From an uncultured Bacteroidaceae bacterium (GTDB lineage Bacteria > Bacillota > Clostridia > Christensenellales > CAG-917), in NCBI GenBank assembly GCA_964637515.1, contig CAZWUI010000002.1, positions 16,665-80,664 on the forward strand: DNA of 64,000 nt, read 5' to 3'. Positions 1-11,544 of this stretch are shown here, one piece after another. The position numbers and the translations under genes are program-made. Within the stretch, counting starts at the first letter, position 1. Every line of letters starts with the position of its first letter. A model generated the notes under the pieces. It was not told the DNA's origin, searched no databases, and worked only from the letters and a program-made list of their open reading frames with translations.

Positions 1-140
1 AACTCGGAAACAGGGACTTCGACAAAGCGATTTTGCGCCTTGAAAACGTGTTCAAGGACTTGCAGGTGGAATATCCCGAACTCAAATATTTCCTCGACCA
101 CTTCATCGACGGATTCAACGAATCTCTCGACATTCTCTGA
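1..140 (+). CDS. 3' end of an unidentified upstream gene (5'-truncated by window edge)
   Basis: Frame is open from the window edge (codons phased on nt 3) to TGA 138-140. The stop overlaps the next ATG (TGATG), suggesting operon coupling. The tail ...YFLDHFIDGFNESLDIL is not recognisable. Confidence 0.35.
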   Translation, partial: LGNRDFDKAILRLENVFKDLQVEYPELKYFLDHFIDGFNESLDIL

Positions 141-1048
141 TGCTCGAACTCCGTGGCGTAACCAAACAATACCTGTACGGGAAACGCCTTTTCGGCGTGC
201 TTGACGCCACCTTTCAAGACGGAGAAATCATAGCGGTCTACGGCGGAGAGGGGAGCGGTAAAACTTCCTTTCTCAAAACCGTTGCGGGATTGTCCGACTA
301 CGACGGAAGAATAACTCTCGACGGAAAGGAGATTGCCAAAAAGACGAACGACGTGATTATGGCGTTTGACGACTTGGCGGTCTTTCCCTTGAAAAGTACC
401 TACGGCAATCTTGCTTATCCGCTCAAAGTGCGACGGATGAAGAGAGAAGTCGTGTGCGAAACAACGAAGGCGGTCGCAAAGGAATTTGCGCTTGACGGAA
501 TTTTGAAAAAAAAAGGCTTTCGTTTGACGAAAGACGAGAGAGTGAAACTGTCGCTTGCAAGACTGTTTATTCGCCCCGCAAGACTAGTGCTTTTCGACGA
601 GCCGAGAGCAGGACTCGACGACGAAAACTACCGTCTTGCTCTTGACAAATTCAGGAAAATCGCAAAGAGCGGAGTTGTGGTTATATATGCAACAAGCGAT
701 AGACGTCGCGCTCTCGACGGGGACAGAGTGGTCGTTCTCGTGGACGGCGACGTGAAACAAATCGGCACTCCCGAAGAAATCAAAAATCGTCCTACGTCGG
801 TGTGGTCTGCGCAAGTGGCGGACGAGAACTATAACGTCGCAAAAGCGACTTTAACTGCGGATAACGACAGGTTAAACCTTGTTATCCACGGAGAAGAAGA
901 ATATACGATTGATTTCACACCACGCAAAAACGAGGTTGCGGACGGCTATCTCGGACGTGATCTTTGGTGCGGTTGGAGCGGGGATATCCCCGACCTTTCG
1001 GACTACACTTTGTTCGACGTGGCGGAAAACAGCGTGATGAAAGGATAA
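140..1048 (+). CDS. ABC-transporter ATP-binding protein, MalK/UgpC-like architecture, with degenerate signature and H-loop
   Basis: Walker A GGEGSGKT and Walker B LVLFDEP are present. The C-loop position reads LTKDE instead of LSGGQ, and the H-loop position reads YATSD (no His). A C-terminal ~70-aa extension resembles the regulatory domain of sugar-importer ATPases. Confidence 0.8.
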   Translation: MLELRGVTKQYLYGKRLFGVLDATFQDGEIIAVYGGEGSGKTSFLKTVAGLSDYDGRITLDGKEIAKKTNDVIMAFDDLAVFPLKSTYGNLAYPLKVRRMKREVVCETTKAVAKEFALDGILKKKGFRLTKDERVKLSLARLFIRPARLVLFDEPRAGLDDENYRLALDKFRKIAKSGVVVIYATSDRRRALDGDRVVVLVDGDVKQIGTPEEIKNRPTSVWSAQVADENYNVAKATLTADNDRLNLVIHGEEEYTIDFTPRKNEVADGYLGRDLWCGWSGDIPDLSDYTLFDVAENSVMKG

Positions 1049-1050
1049 TT

Positions 1051-1548
1051 ATGGTGATTCTCGGCATCGACCCCGGTCTTGCGACTATGGGGTTTGGCGT
1101 AATAAGGCTCGAAAGGGGACGATATACCGTTCTCGATTTCGGCATTGTTTCCACGCCGAAAGAGGACACCTTGCCCGTCAGATTGAGAAAAATCGAAGAA
1201 GGGGTAACAGAACTCATCGAGACGTATAAGCCCGATCAAGTCGCAATCGAAGAATTGTTCTTCTCGAAGAATATCACGACGGGTATTCCCGTGGCGGAAG
1301 CAAGGGGCGTGATACTCCTTTCTTGCAACAAACTGCTCGGGGACGAAGTGTACGAGTACACCCCGAACCAAATCAAAATGACTATCACGGGTTACGGCGG
1401 AGCGGAGAAAAAGCAAATGCAACTTATGGTGCAGTCCTTGCTCCGACTCAAACAAATTCCCCGCCCCGACGATGCGGCGGACGCACTTGCGGTCGCACTA
1501 TGCCACGGACAAGTCGCGGGAATGGCGTCGTCGTTCAGAGTAAAATAG
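1051..1548 (+). CDS. ruvC: Holliday junction resolvase RuvC
   Basis: MVILGIDPGLATMGFGVI... is a typical RuvC N-terminus, and the C-terminal region contains DAADALAVALCH. ATG 1051 was chosen because the ORF-track start at 964 overlaps the preceding gene. The gene precedes ruvA-ruvB. Confidence 0.93.
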   Translation: MVILGIDPGLATMGFGVIRLERGRYTVLDFGIVSTPKEDTLPVRLRKIEEGVTELIETYKPDQVAIEELFFSKNITTGIPVAEARGVILLSCNKLLGDEVYEYTPNQIKMTITGYGGAEKKQMQLMVQSLLRLKQIPRPDDAADALAVALCHGQVAGMASSFRVK

Positions 1549-1575
1549 AAAAAGCGGTCATCCGCAAGAGGAATT

Positions 1576-2160
1576 ATGTACAACTATATCATCGGCAAAA
1601 TCACCTATGCAAGAGATAACACTCTCGTCTTGGAAAACAACGGCATCGGTTACGAAATCGGTGTGAGCGGAAACACCCTTTACGACGCTTGCACGATCGG
1701 TGCAACCGTGAAGATTTACACCTATCTTTACGTTAGAGAAGATACGTTTTCGCTGTACGGTTTTTCCACTCTCGAAGAGAAAACTCTCTTCCTGCGCCTT
1801 ATCGACATAAGCGGAGTAGGTCCGAAACTCGCAATGCAAATTTTGAGCGGACTCGACCTAAACACCCTGACCGTCGCAATCGCAACGGGGGATATAAAGA
1901 CTCTCTCCAAAATCAAAGGACTCGGCAAGAAAACTGCGGAACTTATCGTCGTCAATATGCGTGACCAGATTTCCGCAGACTTGACTTCGCAAGAAACAAT
2001 CATCGGCGGTGCGAGCGACAAGGAACAAACCGAAGCGGTTTTCGCACTCTGTTCTCTCGGCATATCCAATACGGACGCCGTCAAAATCGTCGCGGAAGTG
2101 TCCAAGACGACAAAAGGACTTGAAAATATCATAAGGGAAGCGCTCAAACGCTTGAACTAA
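1576..2160 (+). CDS. ruvA: Holliday junction branch-migration complex subunit RuvA
   Basis: N-terminal OB-like YIIGKI...[12 protein letters not shown], HhH motifs ISGVGPKLA and GLGKKTAE, and position between ruvC and ruvB. Confidence 0.93.
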   Translation: MYNYIIGKITYARDNTLVLENNGIGYEIGVSGNTLYDACTIGATVKIYTYLYVREDTFSLYGFSTLEEKTLFLRLIDISGVGPKLAMQILSGLDLNTLTVAIATGDIKTLSKIKGLGKKTAELIVVNMRDQISADLTSQETIIGGASDKEQTEAVFALCSLGISNTDAVKIVAEVSKTTKGLENIIREALKRLN

Positions 2161-2164
2161 TCAT

Positions 2165-3196
2165 ATGGGAATCATCAGCAGATTTGACGGTCAAACCGTC
2201 GACGAAAACGAAAGAATCATCTCGTCGTCCGCTCTCGAAGAGGACGATCAAGAGAATACTTTACGCCCGAAAACGATGTCCGAATACGTAGGGCAGGCGA
2301 AGATTAAACACAATCTCGAAGTCTATATCTCCGCGGCAAGATCGAGAGGGGACGCTCTCGACCACGTTTTGCTATACGGACCTCCCGGACTCGGCAAAAC
2401 CACTCTCGCTCACGTCATCGCAAACGAAATGGGTGCGCAAGTCAAGGTTACGAGCGGACCTGCAATCGAAAAAGCGGTCGATTTGGCGGCAATGCTCACG
2501 AAACTTGAAAAGGGAGATATTCTCTTCATCGACGAAATCCACCGCCTAAACCGCAATATCGAAGAAATTCTTTATCCCGCAATGGAAGACTATTCCCTCG
2601 ATCTCGTGACGGGTACGGGTGCGATGGCAAGCAGTCTGCGTATGGCACTCAAGCACTTCACTTTGATTGGCGCAACCACAAAGGAAGGTATGCTTTCAAG
2701 TCCGCTCCGCGACCGTTTTGGCATTAAATTCCGTCTTGAAACCTACACGAACGAAGAACTTGCACAAATAGTCCGTCGCTCGTCGAATATTCTCGAAATT
2801 CCCATTGATCCCGATGCAGCCTACGAACTCGCAAGACGTAGTAGGGGTACTCCGCGTATTGCAAACCGCCTGTTAAGACGAGTCCGCGATTTTGCGCAAT
2901 ACGAGCAACTCGACCATATCAATCTCGATGTAACTCGTCGTGCGCTCGACCTTATGGACGTGGACGAACTAGGTCTCGACGACGTGGATAGAAATATTCT
3001 CGAAACCATAATCAAAAAATTCAACGGCGGTCCCGTAGGTCTTGATACGCTTGCCGCCGCAACCGGGGAAGATGCGACCACAATTGAAGACGTTGTCGAA
3101 CCTTTCCTTATCCAGCTCGGTTTTATCCAACGCACACCGCGCGGAAGAACCTGTACACTCAACGCATACAAACATCTACGACTGAAACAAGACTGA
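2165..3196 (+). CDS. ruvB: Holliday junction DNA helicase RuvB
   Basis: Walker [10 protein letters not shown], Walker [10 protein letters not shown], and SSPLRDRFG plus [15 protein letters not shown], which are typical of RuvB. Confidence 0.97.
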   Translation: MGIISRFDGQTVDENERIISSSALEEDDQENTLRPKTMSEYVGQAKIKHNLEVYISAARSRGDALDHVLLYGPPGLGKTTLAHVIANEMGAQVKVTSGPAIEKAVDLAAMLTKLEKGDILFIDEIHRLNRNIEEILYPAMEDYSLDLVTGTGAMASSLRMALKHFTLIGATTKEGMLSSPLRDRFGIKFRLETYTNEELAQIVRRSSNILEIPIDPDAAYELARRSRGTPRIANRLLRRVRDFAQYEQLDHINLDVTRRALDLMDVDELGLDDVDRNILETIIKKFNGGPVGLDTLAAATGEDATTIEDVVEPFLIQLGFIQRTPRGRTCTLNAYKHLRLKQD

Positions 3197-3199
3197 TAT

Positions 3200-4228
3200 A
3201 TGGAACTCAAAACGCACGATTTTTATTACGACCTGCCCGAAGAGCTTATCGCTCAAACACCCGCGGAACCAAGGGATAGTAGCCGACTTCTCATCTACGA
3301 CAGAGAGACGGACACCATTGAACATAAGCACTTTTACGACATAGTGGACTACCTTGAAAAAGGGGACTTGCTCGTCATCAATAATACGAGGGTTATCCCT
3401 GCACGCATTTTCGGGCATATAGACGGCAAACAAACCACCTTTGAGTTGTTGCTTTTGAAGAGAATGGACTACACTCATTGGGAATGTATCATGCGCCCCG
3501 CACGCAAGGCGAAAAAGGGTAGCGTCATCAAAATTTCCGACGAACTTTCCGCAGCCGTTGAAGATATAAAGGAATACGGAGAGAGAATAGTCCGTTTCGA
3601 TTTTGACGGCGTGTTCGAGGACATTTTGGCAAGGGTAGGAAATATGCCCCTTCCGCCTTATATTCACGAAACCCTGCAAGACAAAGAACGCTATCAAACC
3701 GTGTATAGCAAGATAGACGGCTCGGCGGCGGCACCCACCGCGGGACTGCATTTCACCCCGGAGCTTATGAAAAAACTCGAGGACAAGGGAGTGGAATTTG
3801 CGCAAGTTTTGTTGCATATAGGGCTCGGCACTTTCCGTCCCGTAAAGGCGGAAAATATCCTCGACCACGAAATGCACACCGAATACTACGAAATCGACGA
3901 GAAAACGGCGGAGCAAATCAACAAGGCAAAAAAAGAGGGCAGACGAGTCATCGCAGTCGGCACGACGTCCGTGCGCACGCTTGAAACGGTAGCGGACGAA
4001 AACGGTTTCGTGCGTCCCGAAAAAGGGAATACGAAAATCTTTATTTATCCCGGCTATAAATTCAAGGCGGTGGACGCACTCATCACCAATTTCCACCTGC
4101 CGGAAAGCACTTTGATTATGCTCGTGTCCGCACTTGTGGGCAGAGAAAAAACGCTTGAAATCTACAATACCGCAGTGAAAGAAAAGTATAGATTTTTCTC
4201 TTTCGGGGACAGCACGTTCTTCAAGTAA
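3200..4228 (+). CDS. queA: S-adenosylmethionine:tRNA ribosyltransferase-isomerase QueA
   Basis: [12 protein letters not shown]-type N-terminus ([16 protein letters not shown]), [16 protein letters not shown] and [10 protein letters not shown]. Confidence 0.96.
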   Translation: MELKTHDFYYDLPEELIAQTPAEPRDSSRLLIYDRETDTIEHKHFYDIVDYLEKGDLLVINNTRVIPARIFGHIDGKQTTFELLLLKRMDYTHWECIMRPARKAKKGSVIKISDELSAAVEDIKEYGERIVRFDFDGVFEDILARVGNMPLPPYIHETLQDKERYQTVYSKIDGSAAAPTAGLHFTPELMKKLEDKGVEFAQVLLHIGLGTFRPVKAENILDHEMHTEYYEIDEKTAEQINKAKKEGRRVIAVGTTSVRTLETVADENGFVRPEKGNTKIFIYPGYKFKAVDALITNFHLPESTLIMLVSALVGREKTLEIYNTAVKEKYRFFSFGDSTFFK

Positions 4229-4236
4229 AAATCTGA

Positions 4237-5430
<1,194 letters not shown>

Positions 5431-5540
5431 AATTTTAATTGGTAGGCAAAATTCCTTGATTTTTTTCACCCATAGTGTATAATAGTAAAGCAATACGATA
5501 ATATTGTGCGATAAATTGCATAAAAAAAGGAGAAATAATT

Positions 5541-5972
5541 ATGTTCAGTTCTACTATGGCGGCAGTCGACACCACTATGATTATGTATATCGTAATCGGC
5601 GTCGTTCTCGTTCTCATGATCGTCCTCACGATCATCCCTCAAAAGAAACGTCAAAAACAACAACAAGAAATGATGAATAGTCTTGCAGTCGGCACCAAAA
5701 TCATGACTATCGGCAGAATGGTCGGCAAGATCACCCAAGTCAATTCCGACAATACTCTCATCGTCAACGTCGGCACCGAAAACAGCCCTACGCTCATCGT
5801 CATCGACAGAAACGCAGTCGGTCTCGTGCTTGAAAACGTCGCGGCGGCACCCGCAGCGGAACCCGCAGTCGAAGAAGTGAAAGCAGAAGAAGCACCCGCA
5901 TTTGAAGAAACCGCAGAAGAAGTCGTCGACGTCCAAGAAGGCGCGGACAACGCAGAAGAGAACAAGGACTAA
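5541..5972 (+). CDS. yajC: Preprotein translocase subunit YajC with acidic C-terminal extension
   Basis: Single N-terminal TM, then IIPQKKRQKQQQEMMNSLAVGTKIMTIGRMVGKI (YajC core). The gene lies upstream of secDF. An extra ~55-aa Ala/Glu-rich tail is present. Confidence 0.8.
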   Translation: MFSSTMAAVDTTMIMYIVIGVVLVLMIVLTIIPQKKRQKQQQEMMNSLAVGTKIMTIGRMVGKITQVNSDNTLIVNVGTENSPTLIVIDRNAVGLVLENVAAAPAAEPAVEEVKAEEAPAFEETAEEVVDVQEGADNAEENKD

Positions 5973-5990
5973 TAGAACCTTAAAATAAAA

Positions 5991-6017
5991 AAGCACTTCC
6001 ATGTGAAGTGCTTTTTT
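5991..6017. terminator. Bidirectional rho-independent terminator between yajC and the convergent membrane-protein gene
   Basis: Stem gcacttc/gaagtgc with a 5-nt loop, flanked by an A-tract upstream and TTTTTT downstream. Confidence 0.75.
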
Positions 6018-6105
6018 CATATATCGAAGTTCGGCAATTTTTTCACCGACTTGCGGTTTTCTTACATATCCGTTTTTTGTCTTGAATTTATGCAGATTCT
6101 GCATT

Positions 6106-6498
6106 CTAACGCACTCTTTTCGGTTTCAAATTGACCGCAATAACACCTGAAATTCCGCCCGCTATCGGCACGAAAACAAGATCGAGCCAGTTGAAATCCA
6201 CGCTCTTGAATCCGTCGAGACAAGCGAAAATCAGATAGGATAACAGGGTGTAGAGAAACCCTGAAATTGCACCTTTGAGTATGCCGTTTTGCTTGCCTTT
6301 GAAACCTATCAAAACACCCGAAAGCACGGATAATATTTTGATTGCGTAGTTGACGGGAGTGATAACTTTTCCGTCAAGGGACGCCCACCTGACGATGAGC
6401 GCGAATAGGAGTATAAAACCCAGTGAAAAGAGAAGTGATACCGGCACGCACTTGACGACGTCGAATAAGTCTTGCTTGAAATTTTCGGAATTTTTCAT
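6106..6498 (-). CDS. Small polytopic membrane protein of unknown function
   Basis: About 130 aa with four hydrophobic, Gly-rich segments. The start is placed at the internal ATG (MKNSENFKQD...). It resembles small Firmicutes membrane proteins, but I cannot name the family with certainty. Confidence 0.55.
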   Translation of the reverse strand: MKNSENFKQDLFDVVKCVPVSLLFSLGFILLFALIVRWASLDGKVITPVNYAIKILSVLSGVLIGFKGKQNGILKGAISGFLYTLLSYLIFACLDGFKSVDFNWLDLVFVPIAGGISGVIAVNLKPKRVR

Positions 6499-6673
6499 AC
6501 TAAAATCTATGACGGGGCGGGACGGAATATGCCTTTCCCCCGTCGCAAACGACGAAAACACGATTTTTCAAGCAATTTAGGCTTTAAGCGCATGTTTTTT
6601 TGTCGGTTTTTTGTTGACTATTTATTATCTTATAGTTATAATATTTTTGTTTTACTATTATGGAGGTCATCTC

Positions 6674-8011
6674 GTGAGTAAGAAGAAATCAATCGTAGTG
6701 TTGGCTCTCGTATCCGTGTTCGTCATTTTGATGGCGGTTTTTGCGGTTGTCGAGTTCCCTATCGCCGGCACGGTAATCGACTATACAGGTTACGCGAAGA
6801 CTATCAAACTCGGTCTTGATATGTCGGGCGGCGTTTCCGCAGTCTACAAAGTCATCGACGACGGCAACGGAGATTTGGACACCCGTATCGACGGCACCGT
6901 CACGTCTTTGCAAGAACTCCTCGTTTCCAAGGGCTACACCGAAGCAACCGTAACCCGCGGCACGAGCAGCAACGGTCAAGAAACCATCAGAGTAGAAGTC
7001 CCCGACGTGGACGATCCCGACAGCATTTTGTCCCTTATCGGCCGTCCCGCAACCTTGGAATTCACCCTTGAAGACAGAAGTTCCAATCCCAATGCGGAAG
7101 CACTCATCGTCGGCAGTAAGCACCTTGAAACCGCCTACGTCACCAACGACGAGAACGCTCAATTCGCAGTCGGTTTGAAGTTCAACGAAGCAGGTACGAA
7201 AGCATTTTCGGATATGACTTCGGCAAATGTCGGCAAAACTTCTTATATCTATATCAACGGCGAACTTTACACCAAAGTCACCATCAATAGCGCAATCACC
7301 AACGGTTCCGCAGTCATCACCAATTCCGGCGGTTACACCTATGACGAAGCAAAAGACTTCGCAACTCGTTTGCAATCGGGCACCTTCGGCGTGACCATCG
7401 AGCAAAGCGAACTCCGTGCGGTTTCTCCCACGCTCGGCGCAAACGCACTCAACAACGCACTCATCGCAGGGGCAATCGGCATCGGCATCATCATGGTGTT
7501 CCTTGCTCTTGTATATCGCGGTATGGGTATTGCGGCGGACATCGCACTTTGCGTTTATATCGTGTTGTTGCTTTGGTTCTGCGCGGTTCTTCCTTGGGTG
7601 CAACTCACTCTCCCCGGTATCGCAGGTATCGTGCTTTCTATCGGTATGGCTGTTGACGGCAACGTCATCATCTTCGAGAGAATCCGTGAGGAATATCGCG
7701 ACACGTCCAAACCCATCAAGACTTCCGTCAAGGTCGGTTTCAAACGCTCTCTCGCGGCAATCATCGACGGCAACGTCACCACCATTATCGGTGCTGTCGT
7801 CCTTTGGATAGTCGGTTCCGCATCCATTCAAGGTTTCGCGGTGACACTCTTCATCGGTATCATTCTTTCTATGTTCTCGTCCTTGCTCGTCACAAGACTC
7901 GTCTTGAACGCAATGTTGCCTTTGAGCGCACACTGGGATAGAAAGGATAAGTCAATCAACGAAAAATTCTACGGCCTTAAACGTGCCGAAATGGTAGAGG
8001 AGGGCAAGTAA
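6674..8011 (+). CDS. secD: Protein translocase subunit SecD
   Basis: GLDMSGG and LTLPGIAGIVLSIGMAVDGNVIIFERIRE. GTG 6674 is preceded by GGAGG (6662-6666). The ORF-track ATG 6611 adds an implausible Tyr/Phe-rich leader. Confidence 0.93.
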   Translation: MSKKKSIVVLALVSVFVILMAVFAVVEFPIAGTVIDYTGYAKTIKLGLDMSGGVSAVYKVIDDGNGDLDTRIDGTVTSLQELLVSKGYTEATVTRGTSSNGQETIRVEVPDVDDPDSILSLIGRPATLEFTLEDRSSNPNAEALIVGSKHLETAYVTNDENAQFAVGLKFNEAGTKAFSDMTSANVGKTSYIYINGELYTKVTINSAITNGSAVITNSGGYTYDEAKDFATRLQSGTFGVTIEQSELRAVSPTLGANALNNALIAGAIGIGIIMVFLALVYRGMGIAADIALCVYIVLLLWFCAVLPWVQLTLPGIAGIVLSIGMAVDGNVIIFERIREEYRDTSKPIKTSVKVGFKRSLAAIIDGNVTTIIGAVVLWIVGSASIQGFAVTLFIGIILSMFSSLLVTRLVLNAMLPLSAHWDRKDKSINEKFYGLKRAEMVEEGK

Positions 8012-8012
8012 G

Positions 8013-9203
8013 ATGAAAGAAAATAAACTTATGTCTGCATGGAATAGCCTTCCCATTTGCAAGAATTGGAAATATTGGATCATCGCACCTATCGTGATTT
8101 TGGTGGTCGCAATCGTTCTCGTCGCAGTGCTTTCTTCCACGATCGGCGTGACGAACGCATTCAATATCGGTATCGACTTCGAAGGCGGTACCCTCATCAC
8201 CGTCACCCTTGGTCAAGACGCAATCGACAATTACAACAAACACGTCGAACAAGTCACCGAAAAGGTTGAAAGTTTCGGCGTTGTCGTCAGCTACGTGCAG
8301 CTCCAAGAAGCCGCCAACGTCAACGAAACCGCAATTTCTTTCCGTTACAAGAATATCAGCGGTGACGACGAAGCAATCGCAAACCTCAACCAACAAATTA
8401 TAAATGCAGTCGATATGGAGCTTTATCCCGAAAATCCGGGTAACGTCACCTACGACCAAATCGGTGCAACCGCCGCTCAAGACTTGCTATCCAAAGCAGG
8501 TATTGCACTTGCGGTGTCCATGGCACTCATTCTCATCTATATCATCATCAGATTTACCCCTGCAAGTGGTCTTGCGGCAGTCCTCGCGCTCGTTCACGAC
8601 GTCATCATCATGTTCTGCCTTACCGTCATTTGCAGAATCCAAATCAACTCGTCCTTTGTTGCGGCAGTCATCACGATAGTGGCGTACTCAATCAACAACA
8701 CCATCATCATCTTCGACCGTTGCCGTGAAAACGTCAAACCCTTCAAAGGTCAAAAGGATATTCCGTACGAGGCAATCGGCGACGCATCCGTCAAAGAGAA
8801 TATGCGCAGAAGTTTGTTCACGGCTTTAACCACCATGATCACCGTCGTGTTCCTTGCAATTCTCGGTAGCGACACCATCCGCGAATTCTGCGTGCCTATC
8901 ATCCTCGGTTTGATCGCAGGTATGTATTCTTCCGTGTTGCTCGCAACTCCTATGTGGTGCGGTCTTAGCCGTGCGTTTGACAAGGTGAGTGCAAAACGCC
9001 ATGCGGGCGAAGTCAACTACGACCACTTGAAGTCCGACGACGATGAAGACGATACCGTTTTCAAAGGCGAAACAAATCCCTATTCCTACGACGACCTCGG
9101 CGACGAACAAGTCCCTGCAAAAGAAGTCAAAAAGGAAAAGAAGAAAAACAACACCGTCTACAAGTATTCCAAAAAGAATACCACCTTCAAAAACAAGAAA
9201 TAA
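8013..9203 (+). CDS. secF: Protein translocase subunit SecF with charged C-terminal tail
   Basis: GIDFEGGT and AYSINNTIIIFDRCREN, immediately after secD. An ~80-aa Asp/Lys-rich tail follows the core. Confidence 0.93.
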   Translation: MKENKLMSAWNSLPICKNWKYWIIAPIVILVVAIVLVAVLSSTIGVTNAFNIGIDFEGGTLITVTLGQDAIDNYNKHVEQVTEKVESFGVVVSYVQLQEAANVNETAISFRYKNISGDDEAIANLNQQIINAVDMELYPENPGNVTYDQIGATAAQDLLSKAGIALAVSMALILIYIIIRFTPASGLAAVLALVHDVIIMFCLTVICRIQINSSFVAAVITIVAYSINNTIIIFDRCRENVKPFKGQKDIPYEAIGDASVKENMRRSLFTALTTMITVVFLAILGSDTIREFCVPIILGLIAGMYSSVLLATPMWCGLSRAFDKVSAKRHAGEVNYDHLKSDDDEDDTVFKGETNPYSYDDLGDEQVPAKEVKKEKKKNNTVYKYSKKNTTFKNKK

Positions 9204-9254
9204 TCTTGCGTATAGGGCTACCTCCGCTATTTGCGGGGGTAGTTTTATATCATA

Positions 9255-11543
9255 ATGCCGAAAGAGAATACAATGAACGATATTATCTTGACCGACGAAT
9301 ACCTAAACTTCGCGAAAGAACTCGGAATTTCCGAGAACTTTATGCGTGTTTTGCTCATGCGCGGACTCACGAAAGATAATGCTCGTTCTTTCCTTCATCC
9401 GTCTTTGGACGATATGGTTTCTCCGTTTTCCATAGACGGTATGAAAGATGCGTCGGATAGGCTGGCTCGTGCAATCAAAAACCGTGAAAAAGTCCTTGTT
9501 TTCGGAGACTACGACTGCGACGGTATCGGAGCGGTTTCCATTCTCACTCTTTATCTTCGAGACAAGCTCGACGTCAAATATTTTATCCCCAATCGCATAA
9601 CGGACGGCTACGGAATGACCGTAGACGCACTAAAAGGCATAATCTCGAAACGCAGACCTAATCTCGTCATCACGGTTGACTGCGGTATAACGTCGGTTGA
9701 AGAAGTCGAATACCTCAAAAGCGAAGGTATCGACGTCATAGTCACCGACCACCACGAACCGCAAGACGTCTTGCCCGATTGCATAATCGTCGATCCCAAA
9801 GTGCAAAAGACGGGATTTTACGATTTCTGCGGTGCCGGCGTTGCGCTCAAACTCGTCGAAGCAATGGCGGGTAGGACGGAAATGACCAAATATCTCGACA
9901 TCGCCGCTATCTCAACCATTGCGGACGTCGTCCCGCTTCTTGGAGACAACAGAGTCATAGCGTATTACGGACTCAAACAAATCACGTCCTCTCCGAGAAA
10001 GGGCATAAAAGCGCTCATCGGCACGGACAGGCTCAATTCCCATGACGTAATGTTCCACCTTGCGCCCAAAATCAATGCGGCAGGCAGAATTTCAAGCGCA
10101 ATGAAAGCGGTGGATATTTTCCTTGAAGACGACATTTTCGTCTTGCGCGCGCTTGCAGACGAACTTGACAGGGACAACCAACTCCGCCAAAGTATATGCG
10201 AAAACGTCGTGAACGAAGCGACCGCTATGCTCAAAGGCGCGGATTTCAACCGTATGGGTATCATCATTCTCGCCGGAGAAAATTGGGAAGCAGGTGTGCT
10301 CGGAATCGCGGCGGCAAGACTTGTGGAAGAATTCAAATTCCCGACCATACTTTTCTCGAAGAGCAACGGAATATTGAAAGGCTCGGCTCGCTCGATAAAG
10401 GCGGTCAATATCTTTGAAACGCTATCCGAATTTTCGGGCTTGTACGTCAGTTTCGGCGGACACGCACAGGCGGCAGGTATCACGATAGAAGAGAAGAATT
10501 TTGACGAATTTGTTGCGAAAATGAACGAAGCGGTGCTGAAAAAGTGCAGTGCAGACGAGTTTTTGCCTAAATTCGAGTACGATATGGAAATCGACAGAAA
10601 CGAAGATATTCTTTCCTTTGCAAAAGAAATGCAACTTCTCGAACCTACCGGCTACGGCAACCCGCAACCCGTCTTCAAAATGGGGGGAAGGGACTTTAAC
10701 TTTGAAATCATAGGGCTAACCAAACATGTGAAAAGTAGCCTAAAAAATATCGAACTCATCGGCTTTGGCAAGTTTGCGTACTGCCTTGGCGCGACGAGAG
10801 GGGACGTGGACGTCAACTTCAATCTCGGCGTAAACGTTTTCCAAAACAGACAGTACGCACAAGGTATCATTCGCACTTTCAAGGCAAATTCCATTGAAGT
10901 GAGCCAACAGGAGTGTAGAGCGGGAAGTATTCATCATCTCGAACACGAAGGCGCAATCGACTTGCCCAAACTCGACGACGACGGCGTGAAAAAACTGCTT
11001 GAAAAGCCTTTTGGTACGTTGTTTGTGTGTTTCAATCGCGCGGAATATGATGAACTCGTCGCAAGAAATGCGGAAGTGAAAAAACTCCCCGTATTCGTGG
11101 CGACGTCAAGCGTGCTTAATCCGCTCAACACAGTTATGATTTGCCCTGCGGAAGTCTTTGATTATTCCTTCTACGAAAACGTAGTTTTCGCGGGCAAACC
11201 GTTCACGGACGGATATAAAAAGTTCGTGGCGGACGGCGGTGCGAAATGCTATGAATACGGCGATTGCTCGCCTATAAGTATCAAAATCCCCGACGAACAT
11301 TTCAGAAACGTGTTCAGAGCGATGAAAAAACTCTCCCTTGAACACGCAAGAGCGACGTCTATGAACAGATTGTACGGTATGGTCTCAAGTCTTACGGGGC
11401 TCGGCATCGAAACTATCGCAATCGTGTTGAGAGTGCTCGACTATCTCGGTACCGCCAAACTCGGCGCAAGAGGTGTCGTCGAGGTGTCAAACGCAAAAAC
11501 CGACCTGAATAAGTCGGCGATATATAGAAACGTGAAGTGTTGA
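9255..11543 (+). CDS. recJ: Single-stranded-DNA-specific exonuclease RecJ
   Basis: DHH motifs VFGDYDCDGI, DCG and VTDHHEP, and the DHHA1 motif GGHAQAAG. The length is comparable to long Firmicutes RecJ proteins. Confidence 0.93.
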   Translation: MPKENTMNDIILTDEYLNFAKELGISENFMRVLLMRGLTKDNARSFLHPSLDDMVSPFSIDGMKDASDRLARAIKNREKVLVFGDYDCDGIGAVSILTLYLRDKLDVKYFIPNRITDGYGMTVDALKGIISKRRPNLVITVDCGITSVEEVEYLKSEGIDVIVTDHHEPQDVLPDCIIVDPKVQKTGFYDFCGAGVALKLVEAMAGRTEMTKYLDIAAISTIADVVPLLGDNRVIAYYGLKQITSSPRKGIKALIGTDRLNSHDVMFHLAPKINAAGRISSAMKAVDIFLEDDIFVLRALADELDRDNQLRQSICENVVNEATAMLKGADFNRMGIIILAGENWEAGVLGIAAARLVEEFKFPTILFSKSNGILKGSARSIKAVNIFETLSEFSGLYVSFGGHAQAAGITIEEKNFDEFVAKMNEAVLKKCSADEFLPKFEYDMEIDRNEDILSFAKEMQLLEPTGYGNPQPVFKMGGRDFNFEIIGLTKHVKSSLKNIELIGFGKFAYCLGATRGDVDVNFNLGVNVFQNRQYAQGIIRTFKANSIEVSQQECRAGSIHHLEHEGAIDLPKLDDDGVKKLLEKPFGTLFVCFNRAEYDELVARNAEVKKLPVFVATSSVLNPLNTVMICPAEVFDYSFYENVVFAGKPFTDGYKKFVADGGAKCYEYGDCSPISIKIPDEHFRNVFRAMKKLSLEHARATSMNRLYGMVSSLTGLGIETIAIVLRVLDYLGTAKLGARGVVEVSNAKTDLNKSAIYRNVKC

Positions 11544-11544
11544 T

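Noticed and set aside
964-1050. 5' extensions of ORF-track calls. These are ruvC 964, hemZ-like 14111, spoIIIAE 34568, hslV 59436, pdaB-like 20687, EAL-like 41402, xseA 38063 and spoIIIAA 32673.
   Set aside because: The extensions overlap the preceding gene or lack family similarity. An internal ATG or GTG with a good RBS matches the conserved N-terminus of each family.
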